DNA of 38,202 nucleotides from Mesotaenium endlicherianum (taxonomy: Eukaryota). Positions 21,762 through 34,281 of the stretch are shown here, one piece after another; position 1 is the first letter of the stretch, and the number at the start of each line of letters is the position of its first letter. The notes below the pieces were generated by a model, which ran no database searches, was not told the origin of the DNA, and saw only the letters and a program-made list of their open reading frames with translations. The position numbers and the translations under genes are program-made. Where the stretch lies: the NCBI GenBank assembly GCA_009602735.1, contig WELA01000694.1, positions 98,306 through 136,507 on the forward strand, read 5' to 3'.

Positions 21762-24700
21762 AACCTGCGGCCTACAGCCTGCCGCCCGGCGCCCTCTGCC
21801 CCCTCTATCTATATCTCCCCCACACGCTCGCACTCTCATGCACGCGTATAGACACGTACACACACAAACACAGACACGCACACGAACACATGTATGCGCT
21901 CTAGCACAGGCACACCTGCACGCGCATGCAGCCCGGCCCAGCCAGCCAGCGTCATTCACAGCAGAGGCCCGCACGAAGAGGCCAGTGCGTCGCGTGGAGG
22001 GCGCGCTCCACTCACTCGTTTTGATTCTGTTCAAGTGCTCACCAGTGGGCCTTGTTGCTGGTGGACGTTGGGCTGGACTTACACGGGGTAGCAGGGCTTG
22101 TCACTGTGCTCGGCGCTCTGCACCCCCCACTGGAACTGCTACTAGCCAGCCCCGTCTGGCCTGTGTGCCCAGCACCCCACATCAGGTACTGGCCGCCACC
22201 ACAACTGCTTGACATTCGCCGTTGCTTGGACGCGTACATCGCGCACATGCGCCTGCACACGCGAGCGCATGCACCCACGCAGACGCGCATGTGCTCCGGC
22301 CTGCCTGCCCGCGCGCCTCTGCCTGCGCGTGCGGGCCCTTGTGCGGGCGGGCACCCCGTGCAAGCAGCTGAATTGCCAGTCTGCGCGCACGATTCGCACA
22401 CATGGCACGCGCTGCAGGCCGCCGTAACCCCATTCTCTTGTGCTGAGGACAGCTTGGAACCCGTGCCGTGAGGGTGCGCAAGAAGCAGGTTCCGGTGCAT
22501 CAAGCGGTGAGATCTGCAGCTTCACACGTGCAAAGCACGCACAACGGCCAGTGGCCCAAAAGCGAGTGGAGGTCAGACACTTACAGCGCCGTGCCGGTGT
22601 CATGTGCGTGTTGCTCGCTCGAGGTGGACTGCAGGTGCAACTTTTTCCTGGTGCACCGGGACTGCGCCGAACGTGGCCGGCCCGCTGACGGACACCACAC
22701 ACCAATCAGCCGACATTCCCGATCGCTTTGAGGTGCAGCCACGGCTACCCCTCTCTTCACTCTGCAACTACCGCAGTTAGCGGGTGCTGCGGAGGTGGGT
22801 GCACCTCTCCCCAGCCTCGAGGAGACACTGCCAGGTGTAAGCACAGCGGTTGCCTCTGCACGACGGCGTGCTGGCACTGCGGATGCGTTGCGGATGCATT
22901 GCTGGCGCATCCCCGCGAGGCGCCTCTCTTGCTGACCCTGCAACTAGTAGCGTGAAATTTAACTCTGTGGCCGACGCCCACCCCCCTTGTCAGCCACACC
23001 CTGGAATCGGAGCCAAGTAGACCATCGTTTGGCACTTCAGCATCTGAAGTGATGCAGGCTTTCGAGTCACCTAGGAAGAAAGAAGGCCCTCCAGCAAGAG
23101 CGGCATTTATCATTCCAACTCTACGCGAGTGAGCCTGATCCTCAAAAGCCAGGTCGGGGCATTGAGGAGCGGTGTATGTGACGTTCGCCTCCATGTATTA
23201 TAATTAGGGCCGTTTTTTCTCGTCCAACGTGCGTCTCTGAACAGGCTCTCGGCCACTATGGATCAGGAACCTTGCAGTGTCTGGATAGGCATCCCGTGCT
23301 TTGATAGACGTATCCCACTCTCTGCTCGTTGGTACTTGCTGGTGCAAGAGCCGTATATACTTCTGACAAACGTGTCAAGCCTAAAAGTGGTATTTGAACA
23401 GGTGACAGTGCGATCAAAATTCACGTGCTCCAAATAACTGTATGTGTTTTACCTCCTCTAGGGAGAATCCAGCTTATGAGGCTGACCGAGCATGACACAG
23501 TCATTTCACTCATCACCTACGATTTGGGCTTTGCCTTCCTTCTCTGTTGGCATTGTAGCGTGCTGTGGAAGCCGCGCGTGACGCATCATTCTGCGGTGCT
23601 GTAACTAAATTTGATGTGCATTATTCTGTTTGCTCACTTTCTTCAAGGGTCATATGGTGCTGGCCATAGTGTGTGAGCCTTTTTGCTATTGACAACGGAA
23701 CATGCTGTCTGATTCTTTTATGCCATTATGGAATTTTCAAGTAGCTTGCAGGCACCCTGCTGCAACACTGTTGTCTTCAAGTGAGCATTTTTAATTTGAT
23801 CTGTCTGGTCTTATATCTTCCATGATACGGGACAAGCTCATGTGTCCAAAGCTTCAGTGTCAACGACCGAGTGATACGGATCAAAAATCATTTAGTTGCT
23901 AGAAATCTCTCCAAAGAGTCGGCTTTTGGGGAAAAATGAGCTGCACCAACTTTATTGCTCCGGCCCATAATCTGGGCAATGAGATCGTCACAGCGGAAAC
24001 ATGCAGCATCAATCAAGTTGCAAAGCTACGCAGCCATGGCTCGCCAAACAAGACCGCTGATGTGGCACATTTCAATAATGTCTACTGATCCTCAACTTAA
24101 TCTTCAGTCTGCAACTAGCCTGCCTCATATGCATACATGTTTTCGCATGCTGTGCCCATTATTCAATCCAGGTTTCTTTGCATATTGTTTGCACGGGAAT
24201 CTAAACTCGGAGCATCAACAATGTACTTCTTGCCTTATTCTATGAACCTACTGCTGGCAGGCAGCACTAAATCTTTTTGAAGCTGCAATAATCCTCTCCT
24301 CGCGTTCTCCTTCTCGTCCAAGTATACCCCGCAACGATTCTATGTCCCAGCATACCCGTCACTGCTGCCTAGCTGCCTGCCATCCTTCTCGTCTCACCAA
24401 GGGAGAATTCACTGTCTTCAATTGCGTCTGAGAGGCAATCCTAACCATGACAAGCGCAAGACACGGCGCGAGCACATCCACGCCTCTTCTCCGGCTACCG
24501 CTGGCATCACACATACACCATAGTCCACGCATGAATGACAATGCTTTCAACCTCACAGCATTGATTCCCGCTGCGTCCTCCCTCGGGAAGACTCACAGCC
24601 TGATGCTGGGGTGAGCTACTTTACACAACAACGAAAATCCTCCTTACGTCTCACATGCACTTGACTACGCGCCACACTCTACTTTCTTCGTTCTCATTGC

Positions 24701-24970
24701 ATAAACTTCCTACCTACATCCTACACGTGCTATGTCCTACAGAGAATCGACTCAATAAATAAGGGGGGAGGACACAGATGTTGAGCACACCTAGCCACCT
24801 CGCTTCTCCTCTACTCTACGCCCGTTTAGTCCACCATTCCCCTTCCAGGCAGGACCCTCCGGGAAATGAATAGGTGGCGAGGGGTGCTCGACGCCTGTGG
24901 CGAGGGGGAAGCAAGCAAGCAAGCAAGCGAGCGCGGGCAAGCCTTGGGGACGCACGCCTCTCGGGCAGAA

Positions 24971-27515
24971 CTACAGCCCGCCGGTCGAGTCCTTGTAACT
25001 GGCCTGAGCGCGGCGCAGCTGCGTCTGCAGCACGTACTGGAAGGTGTCCACCCAGATGTCGGGCATGCCAGGGAGGCACCAGTGCGTGCAGTCGTAGGTG
25101 GTCTTGCTGTTCCGCACGGGGCCGTAGAAGCGGCTGACGTGCGCGTCGGCGCGGAAGGCGGAGATGTGCGTGACGTCGACGATGCGGAACTGACTGTTGC
25201 GCAGCTCCGCCTTCTCGAGCGCCGCAAACGACGTCGAGATCGCGCGGCGCTCGTAGGCCTGGACGGCTGCGAGCGACGCGGGCTTCTGCGCGTTGCAGTA
25301 GGGCGGGTGGCCCGGCGTGTAGTGCGAGGGCGAGTACGTCAGCCAGAAGGGCACGCCGCGGTACTTCTGGCTCACCGTCACAAAGCGCCGCAGGAACGCG
25401 AGCGACGCCGCGTACGCGCGCGCGCTCGAGAGCCCGCGCTGCACCCTGCCGCCCTTCAGGTAGGTGGTTGAGCGCACGGCCGTGGTGCCCTGGTTGGTGA
25501 GGAACCAGTGGCCCGACATGAAGATGGTGATGTCAAAGTGCTTGAGCGCGCCCGCCCACAGCGTGTCGGCGCGGTCCAGCGTGACGAGGTAGTCGTTGCC
25601 GTCGCCCGGGTGCAGGCCGTGCTTGCGGAAGGCGGCGTCGCTGTTGGTGTACTCGACCAGGTAGGGCGCCACCACGGTGACCAGGCGCGAGTTGTAGGCG
25701 GGCATGATGACGCCGCCCACCAGCACGCCGCCCACGTACCCGCTCCACAGCTTCACCGACGTGCGCGCATTGATCTGGCAGATCATGGCCTGCGCAAAGT
25801 TGCGCGAGAACGAGTCGCCCACGATCGACACAATCTGCAGCCACGAGGGGAGAAGCGGGACGGAGTCAGCGCGTGCACTCGGGGGGGGGTGTGGGGGGGG
25901 GGGTAGAGGTGTCAAACAACAGCAGGCGCGCCCGGCGATCAGCCGGTGCTCAACGCGCTTGCACAAACCCATGCGCTCCGACGCACAGATAGGGGCAGTC
26001 TGAGGGACTGTCTGAGACATACCGAGCAATGAGCATGCATGCAAGGGAGATCAGAACGATGGCATGGGGAAGACAATGGAGTCAGATAACGCTTTGACTA
26101 AAGAAGCATACACAAGACATTAAACTAAGAATGATAAGGGCTACGAGAATGGATCAGGAGAAGGACGACACCCCCACCGCAACGGCACGAGGCGTCATCA
26201 TCGTCAGCAGCAGCAGCAGCCGCTTTGTCCTCACCCCCTTCTCACCTTGTTGCGAGTGAGCGCCAGGTAGTACGCGGGGTCAAATGCGCGCATGTTGCAG
26301 TCGTAGGGCTTCCAGCTGTACTTCTCGTAGTCGCGCACGCGCCGCCCGTTGGCCTGGCAGTTGAACGCCGACCTGATCCACTTGCAGCGGCCCGAGTACT
26401 TGGGGCGCGAGGAGTCCTTCACCCACCGCCCGGCGGTGTAGGAGCAGCCTGCGGAGAGACACACGAAAGAGCACGGCGGAGGAGTCAGAGACGGGTCAGA
26501 TGGCAGGTTACACTTGCTGTAGCGCCTGCGGCAACAAGCGCCCGCACGCTCAGACACATTCGTTCACACACACATACGCGTCTGGCATTTCGCCGGCGCG
26601 GCATTTTGCCGGCACCGGGTCTGTGACACAGTGCATCTCGGAGCATGTGAGGGTTTACATGAAGCTAGCTCTCCACTGGGCTGCGCTGCAACTTGCAGCA
26701 GCTCGCATGACCGCAGCTGTCATCGCCGGGTGGGGCGTAGGCGGTGGGGCTGACGAGGATGTGAGCTTGTGCATTCTCTAAAGTCACCACCCTAATGTCT
26801 CCACCGTTTCCCTCGAAGATAGTCAGACATAAATGGGCGGCACAGTGTCACATCTGATGGTCGGGGAGGTGAGCTCTGCTGCGCACGGAAATGCGCACCC
26901 TCGTCAAAGCACAAGAGCAAGCATGGCCTAAGAGTCCAGGAGGAGGAGTCTCGACAGAAAGACATGCCACTCTCTGCCACTAAGTCGGACACAACAATGA
27001 AAGAAGGCCGGGTGCAAGTCCAATGCCAAATACAAGCAGAAAGGAAATGGATGACAAGATATGGAGAGTATGGACCACGCTGCCTCTCCTTCGGAGACAA
27101 TGGGAGGGATCCTTTTTTTTTTGTGTTGGGGGGGGGGGGGGCTGCGGAAATAAATAGCGCAACGTACTGCTGAGCTTGCGGCCCTGAGTTTGTTCGGAAT
27201 CGAAAGCTGCGCTGATGTTGTGCAGGCCCTCGATCTCGTCGGCGAAGTTGGAGAGCTTGGTGATGTTGCCACCCCACACCTTCTCCACGCCCTCCACCTC
27301 AAACCCGAAGATGTCGGCTGGGTTGACGTGACTGGGCCACTCTGCATCTGCAGCAGGGAAGCAGAGGAAAAGCACGCGGAGGAAAAGCAGAAAAGGAGGA
27401 AAGAGGGAGGAGAGGGGGGATAAGAGCGCGGCGGGGGACGCACGATAAGAGCTGAAGGTACCGGAAGGACCAATCGCGTCGGCCGGTCGGAGGAGGAGGC
27501 TCCAGCGTAGTGAGC
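24971..27515 (-). CDS. TBL: Trichome-birefringence-like (TBL; PMR5N + PC-esterase) polysaccharide O-acetyltransferase; exons 27515-27462 (tentative), 27347-27168, 26448-26246, 25834-24971; first exon not identified
   Basis: PMR5N-type CSYTAGRWVKD...FNCQANGR...YSWKPYDC, GDS motif (IVGDSFSRN) and DxxH motif (DCTHWCLPGMPDIW). GT-AG junctions keep phase across all four exons, and codon third positions are strongly GC-biased. Confidence 0.93.
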
Positions 27516-30402
27516 CTGCGAGTTATATTTTTGCGAAGGACAAAGTCCCCTGATGCGAAATGCTGGCAGAAGGCTAGAGGTGCCTGCAAGCGTGTCCTGG
27601 GAACTCCTGGCTGTAGGCAATAGCAGGCACTCTTTTTGCCCCTGCCTCACTGAGAGGGAATGTGTGCCTGCCTTACTGGGGGGGGGGGATTTGACCAGTC
27701 ATGTCCGAGGCCCATCATTTACAATTACAACCGAAAGGCAACACGGCAAATGACAGTGGCAGGGGCCAGGAGACTGGTTAATCGAAAGCATCAAGGAAGT
27801 AGCAGCCCCGGTCTTCTGCTGGAAGTCTGCCCTCGCTGCAGTGACGTGTGTGACTGCAATCGGGCCTTCCCCCAGGAAGGCGGGCGTAGGAGAAAACACA
27901 ATGCCGCAAGGCACGGAGCCAAACTGCATTGCGCCATGGTCACAGGCGTTCTCTCTTTGGGTGAAGATGCCCCTTGGCCAAAAAAAACGTCAGCCACGAA
28001 TGGAACTCGCAGCATTCAGGGACCTCCCTCAGAGAAGTCAAAGCTAGCTGGTTACAAAAAAAAGATCCAAAAGGCCAATTCGTTGCTGATTGCCGCTTCC
28101 TCTTTCCTGGCGCCGGACGCAAGACAGGGGCCAATTGGACATGATGTTTGATACACAACAAAGGAGCCACAACTCCATCGTACTCTTGCACACCAAGCGG
28201 CTAGCAATGAAGATCAAAACACGATGAGAGAAACATGAACCACGCAAAAGACACAATACACAGATCTATTGCGCCGGAAAAGCAGCCTACACGCCATCAT
28301 ATACATGCATCATCATTGCTTCTGCATCATTATGTCGTAAGTACAATACCAAATAGCGAAATTCATATGCAGTCAAGATCCCTGCCTCCACCGCCACAAG
28401 AGTTCGGGCCCATGCATGGGTCACGAGCAGCAAACTCTTATCAAGACATCTCCTCGGATAGTGTTAACCGACTTCACCTCAATTGCGGAGACCATAAGCT
28501 GCATCCAAGGTTTTGTCCTCACTAACCCGTCTTTCTTAAACCGTGATCATTGAGGTTCACCAAGAGAGCAACACTGTTGAGAGTGCAGAAGAAGTTTGTA
28601 TACCTCCTTCAGTGTCAGCCGCTGCATGCCAGTGGCTCGTGAAGAAAGGTAGGCCACATATAAGCAACAAGCCTAGTAACTGCGACCTGCCCAACAGAGT
28701 GGCATCTACCATCTTTGTTTCTAACAAAAGTGAAACAGCACGAACACTAACAACTATCGACACTGAGTGCGGCCTAGTGCTTTTCCAAAGTGCCCTCACC
28801 AATATAAGTCCGTTTCAGAGGGCAAGTCTGTCCGACTCAGTCACACTGAATTCCGACTGGAAAGCTGCTTATAAATCCCTATTACCACTATAAGTCCTGT
28901 ATAGTAAGCAGTTCCAGAGATCACTGTGCGAGGAGATAATAACTGCGGGAAAAAATCCTCCCTGCAACGAGCGAGATGCTACTTTGAATAATAATGTGCT
29001 GGATGTATGTGACCTCATGTGTGAGAAGAGCCGTTCGCTATCGTCCCCCCCAGCTCGGCCTGAGCTCGGCTATCAATGATCAATTCTCAGACATAGAACG
29101 GTGTGCTGGATTGAGCTGTTGAAAGTCAGATAGAGACGCGCCAATTTCTCCCGACAATAACGTCAACGAGATGAAACTTGCAGTCAACTAGGGGCTCAAC
29201 TGGCTGTTAACGCAGATGCAGGGGAGCAGGGTGGAACAAGCTTGAGAAAACCAGTGCTAATGCCGAGTGCGGAGCAAGTCCATTTGGCGTATACCGCCCT
29301 GCCCGCCTCCCTTCTTCCCCCAACGGCTGCCGTTTGGCTTGAAGGGCTAAAAATGGAGGAGGGTGACATAATGATAACCGACCAGTACCGACAAGGCTTG
29401 TGCGCTGCTCCATTTCACTTGACACGTAACGGGCCTCCAACTACACAGCTTGCATGCAATCAGAAGGCTTCCATCTCCCTCCACCTTTAAAACAGGATTC
29501 GAGATAAATTCTATTATTTGCTTTTTTGGATGTTTTAAAATCATGAAAAATCTTAGATTATGTCGAAAGAAATCCTGGTCACTGGGAGCGGATGTCGCGT
29601 AAAATCCCAAAATTTCCTATTTTCCTTTAAAAGTTGGCGTGGGATGTCATTACGCCAATTAAAGAATCCTACCAAACTATGTCGGATGTTCTCGAAACCC
29701 TGACCGTCGCCCAGAGCAGGCCAGAGGATGTTTTCAAATTTTCCCGAAATCCGCGACTTTTGTCGAATCCTGGGGCCTGCTTTAAAACATTGCGAACAAT
29801 CTTCAAATATTCTAGTTTGAAGCAGTCTGAAAATTCGTTGTCTTGGATCGAGTGGTTCAATGCGGGGTGTGGACTCTGGAGTCCGCGTGGACCAGCTAGT
29901 TCCAACGATTTTTTTCTGAAATTTCAGCTTCAATAAACTATAGCTGCTTACTGTTTCGGGCTGATTGCATGGTCGACGGTTATATAGATATGAGTGCCGT
30001 TTCGGGTGACAGCTCTATTCGCGGTAACAATATATTTTGAACTTATATACTTCTTGTCAACTCTTTTCGTTCTTTACGAGTTTAAAAATATCACGTGCTG
30101 CCATGGTGCCCCCATCTTTTGCAATGGCCATCAATTAACCGCCTTTTCAAGTTCCAGCGACCCGTTTGACGTGTCATTTGATGTTTTAGTTGCTCAATGA
30201 ATTTAGAGCAAGCAGCCCGGAGCAGTCGCGGTAGAAAGCAAAAATCTAAAAAAATCTAAAGATCACACAACAGCTTTCACAAACTTATCCAGCACGAGCT
30301 ATATATATGAACGTACATAGAGAAACTCTTGAAGTCGTCGAAGCGGTATGCAAATTTCTTGATTATACTGGATAGGTTTGATGCTGCCCGTGCTGACCGG
30401 GT

Positions 30403-30430
30403 CCCCGGCGGTTGTCGGGGGGTGTACTAG
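30403..30430 (+). mobile_element. Possible Helitron 3' terminus
   Basis: GC hairpin CCCCGGC-GGTT-GTCGGGG, then 6 nt, then CTAG followed by T. No 5' TC end or Rep/Hel coding sequence was found. Confidence 0.4.
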
Positions 30431-30935
30431 TGTCAGATTCGGTGGTCCCGGACAGGATGTATCGGCTTGATGTGATATGGCAACGATATGCTTATTCTGT
30501 CAGCTTCTGCAGTTCTTTGCAATTTCGGCTGATTCCCACCAGTTACCGCACGGTGCCGCACAGAGATGATTTCACTGTGCTGCTCTGCCCCACTGCCCCA
30601 GATCTGTCCCGTCCAGCCCGGGCCCCCGGGCCACAACCATCGAACATATCCAGATTCCAGATGGTGCACGATTGTGCTCGATTGTGCTCGATGGCTGGAA
30701 ATTGCAGGCGTAACGTGCAGCGCTCTGCGGGGAGAAACACCGACAAGACGTTCCATGATTTATGTGGACCTGGAATCTGCCGTGAAGCCAAGACCAGGAA
30801 GCCCGATCAAGCCCGATCATGGAGCTCCTTGTGGCCGTATTTGTGCCTTGTTATGGTCTGTGGCCAACTCTGGCAGTTGCTAATGAGGTTCTTTTATACT
30901 TGGTACATACTTTTGTAACCTTCAACGCCTACCAC

Positions 30936-31007
30936 GGGTTTGTGGCGCAATGGTAGCGCGTCTGACTCCAGATCAGAAGGTTGCGTGTTCGATTCACGTC
31001 AGGCTCA
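30936..31007 (+). tRNA. trnW: tRNA-Trp (anticodon CCA), intronless
   Basis: 72-nt cloverleaf: A box TGGCGCAATGG, anticodon arm CTGAC-T-CCA-GA-TCAG (CCA at 30968-30970), B box GTTCGATTC, acceptor stem GGGTTTG/CAGGCTC and discriminator A. Confidence 0.95.
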
Positions 31008-32872
31008 AAGTCTGAAATAACGGCGTCACGTATGTGCGAATTTGTTTTGTCTCATTCCACACAAAACTTCACTCCGGAGCAATCCGGAATCCTATCCCTA
31101 TACATGCGCCTCTATTTGCCGAACTTACCTCATCCCCAGATTATCATGGTCGGGCATGCTCGGGGCATAACGCTTGCCCAGTGCCCACACCAGCCCATAC
31201 GCGTCCGTATACCATATTGCACATCGATGGAGGAGGGCAGATGTGTAGTGAGTGGCCTACTCACACAGCTAGTGCTACTTGTGAAACCATTTGGACATAC
31301 AGCTTTGCGCTTGTTTCTATCCCTGCAAATTACGCTGAGTATGGAAGCATGTAGAGGAGCATAAGCTGCCTCAAAGTGAACCCAGATTTCACTTACGGGC
31401 CATTATGTGCTAGCGTGCCATTTTCTACCCACAAGATCTGCCAAAGCCACCTGGTAGCAGTAAATGCCTCCTGGTACCTCGTAGAAACCAGCAGACCCGT
31501 TCAGGCTCCCGAATTGCGCGAGCAAAAGGAGAAGGGAAACATAACTGAATGCTGGCACTTTTGAAGCCAAATTAGGGCCAGTAAAGAATGCTTGTCGCCG
31601 TTAGATTCGTCTACCCTGGCCCCTTCTCCTTTGAATTGATTTCTTTTGGCTTGGCTGTGGAGGAGTGCCGCCCTTTTTGGAGGGAACGATTTACAGCTAG
31701 TGAGGGACAAAGGGCCGAAAGAATCTCCCTCACAAGGCTGCAGTGCAGGTGGATAGCAGAAGGTTCAAGGGCCACTGTCCCAGTTCTGGAGAAAGTGTTC
31801 TCCGTCGAGCCCTAATTCTGACCTTTCGGGACTCGAAGTCGTCTGCTAGTGTATGTACTCTGCCCCTTCTCTGAGTAGACACTATTTTGACACAAAAGTT
31901 CTTCTTTTGATGCGCTCTTCCTACCTCCCGCCACTTGTCGACCCAGCGGTGGGCCAGCTAGCCACACAGGCAAATCAATGAGTCTGGTCACTCGAGTCAA
32001 GCACGAGTGTTCATGCACCCGCTTGGGAGCGAGAAGGAAGATACCCGCTTGTTATCTATTGCCTTTGCACTCCGCGCCCATCGCCCCAGCAGACAACCAT
32101 TGGCTCACACTTGGAGGAGTACTGACTGCCGACTTGCCTCCCAAAGCGCACGGACACGCAGTTGAGAGTATAGCCCCCCACTCCTCCCCTCCCCCAGTCA
32201 CCCCCCACTCCCCCCCTTCCCCTCTTCCCCCCTCCGCCGGCCTTGCAACACACTCATGCAGACTGAGAGGGAAAGAGAGTGGGAAAGGAAAAAAGGAGAG
32301 TGGGGGGAATCATTTGGCGTCAGCCCCTCTCCCCTCTAGCCTGTGCTCTTGAAGGCACACAGTGGCTCGTTTCTGCTCAGCATGTGTCTGCCGGTTTCGT
32401 AGGAGCTGCAAGCTGCCTTGTCTTGAGCCAGTCCCTCGGAGCATCCGCAGGCAGCCACCGCGCCTGCAAGTGGCAGGGCTGGGCCCAGAAGCGAAGGCCC
32501 GACACTGAGGAGGTCCAGCATGCTGATAGGCCTCGAGCAGATTTGCCACATCTCTGGAAGGGTTCCGGGCTCGGGCTGCGCGGCGCCAGGGTTTATCGGA
32601 CTTTGCAAAGAAAAGAGAAGAAAGGAAACGAACAAGGAATGATAGCAGCGTCCTCTCGGCGCGCGCGTGCTTTCGGTCCTGCGGGCTCTCCTCCGCAACT
32701 TGCGTTCATTTTGGCCCTCGGGAAGGGCGCTTCGTGGATCCGCAAGTTTGCTACGTCCTTAGACTGCTTGTAGGTCCTTGTGCACCCGGCCCTGCCCCCT
32801 TCGGCAGGTCTGCGCTCGCGGGTTTTGCGGGGTTTATTTCATATTTTTTGGGGTGCTTGGGGGGGGGGGGGG

Positions 32873-33866
32873 NNNNNNNNNNNNNNNNNNNNNNNNNNNN
32901 NNNNNNNNNNNNNNNNNNNNNNNNNNNNNNNNNNNNNNNNNNNNNNNNNNNNNNNNNNNNNNNNNNNNNNNNNNNNNNNNNNNNNNNNNNNNNNNNNNNN
33001 NNNNNNNNNNNNNNNNNNNNNNNNNNNNNNNNNNNNNNNNNNNNNNNNNNNNNNNNNNNNNNNNNNNNNNNNNNNNNNNNNNNNNNNNNNNNNNNNNNNN
33101 NNNNNNNNNNNNNNNNNNNNNNNNNNNNNNNNNNNNNNNNNNNNNNNNNNNNNNNNNNNNNNNNNNNNNNNNNNNNNNNNNNNNNNNNNNNNNNNNNNNN
33201 NNNNNNNNNNNNNNNNNNNNNNNNNNNNNNNNNNNNNNNNNNNNNNNNNNNNNNNNNNNNNNNNNNNNNNNNNNNNNNNNNNNNNNNNNNNNNNNNNNNN
33301 NNNNNNNNNNNNNNNNNNNNNNNNNNNNNNNNNNNNNNNNNNNNNNNNNNNNNNNNNNNNNNNNNNNNNNNNNNNNNNNNNNNNNNNNNNNNNNNNNNNN
33401 NNNNNNNNNNNNNNNNNNNNNNNNNNNNNNNNNNNNNNNNNNNNNNNNNNNNNNNNNNNNNNNNNNNNNNNNNNNNNNNNNNNNNNNNNNNNNNNNNNNN
33501 NNNNNNNNNNNNNNNNNNNNNNNNNNNNNNNNNNNNNNNNNNNNNNNNNNNNNNNNNNNNNNNNNNNNNNNNNNNNNNNNNNNNNNNNNNNNNNNNNNNN
33601 NNNNNNNNNNNNNNNNNNNNNNNNNNNNNNNNNNNNNNNNNNNNNNNNNNNNNNNNNNNNNNNNNNNNNNNNNNNNNNNNNNNNNNNNNNNNNNNNNNNN
33701 NNNNNNNNNNNNNNNNNNNNNNNNNNNNNNNNNNNNNNNNNNNNNNNNNNNNNNNNNNNNNNNNNNNNNNNNNNNNNNNNNNNNNNNNNNNNNNNNNNNN
33801 NNNNNNNNNNNNNNNNNNNNNNNNNNNNNNNNNNNNNNNNNNNNNNNNNNNNNNNNNNNNNNNNNN
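32873..33866. other. Assembly gap (N run) flanked by G-rich tracts
   Basis: Directly visible. Confidence 1.
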
Positions 33867-34158
33867 AGGGAGGGAGGGAGGGTGGGAGGGAGGGCCAACG
33901 TCTTGCGCCTCCAGAAGACACTGGGCGTTGACATGAGTCAAACTGGTCCGAGGGGACAGCCTGAATCCGAAATGAGGGGGGGCCAGCACAGAGAGAGGAG
34001 AGCCGCGGGGGGGCATGGCGCGCCTTCCAGCGCGTCACGCGAGTCCAGCTGGCAGTCGGAGCAGCCACCTTGCACACCCTTACCAGGCCGGGGCTCCCCT
34101 CCCTCTTTCTGTATTGGATTGTGTCTCGTGTGTGGGCTGTCCTCTGCTCTCTTAGGAG

Positions 34159-34210
34159 CCCTAGGCATACCCTAGGCAAATCCTAGGCAACCCCTAGGCA
34201 AACCCTAGGG
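34159..34210 (+). repeat. 11-bp tandem repeat (CCCTAGGCAAA, ~4.7 copies) containing a telo-box-like AAACCCTAG
   Basis: Units: CCCTAGGCATA, CCCTAGGCAAA, TCCTAGGCAAC, CCCTAGGCAAA, CCCTAGGG. Confidence 0.85.
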
Positions 34211-34281
34211 CGAAGAAAAAGAAGAAGAAGGTGAAGGGTGCGCAGGCCGAGCACCCATTTCCGGGAGAGGAGCGAGGGACC

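Noticed and set aside
31000..32870. Several 60-160 aa ORFs between the tRNA and the gap
   Set aside because: No domain, codon bias or consistent splice pattern visible.
32734..34179. Six long ORFs of 366-465 aa in the ORF track
   Set aside because: Artefacts of reading through the N gap.
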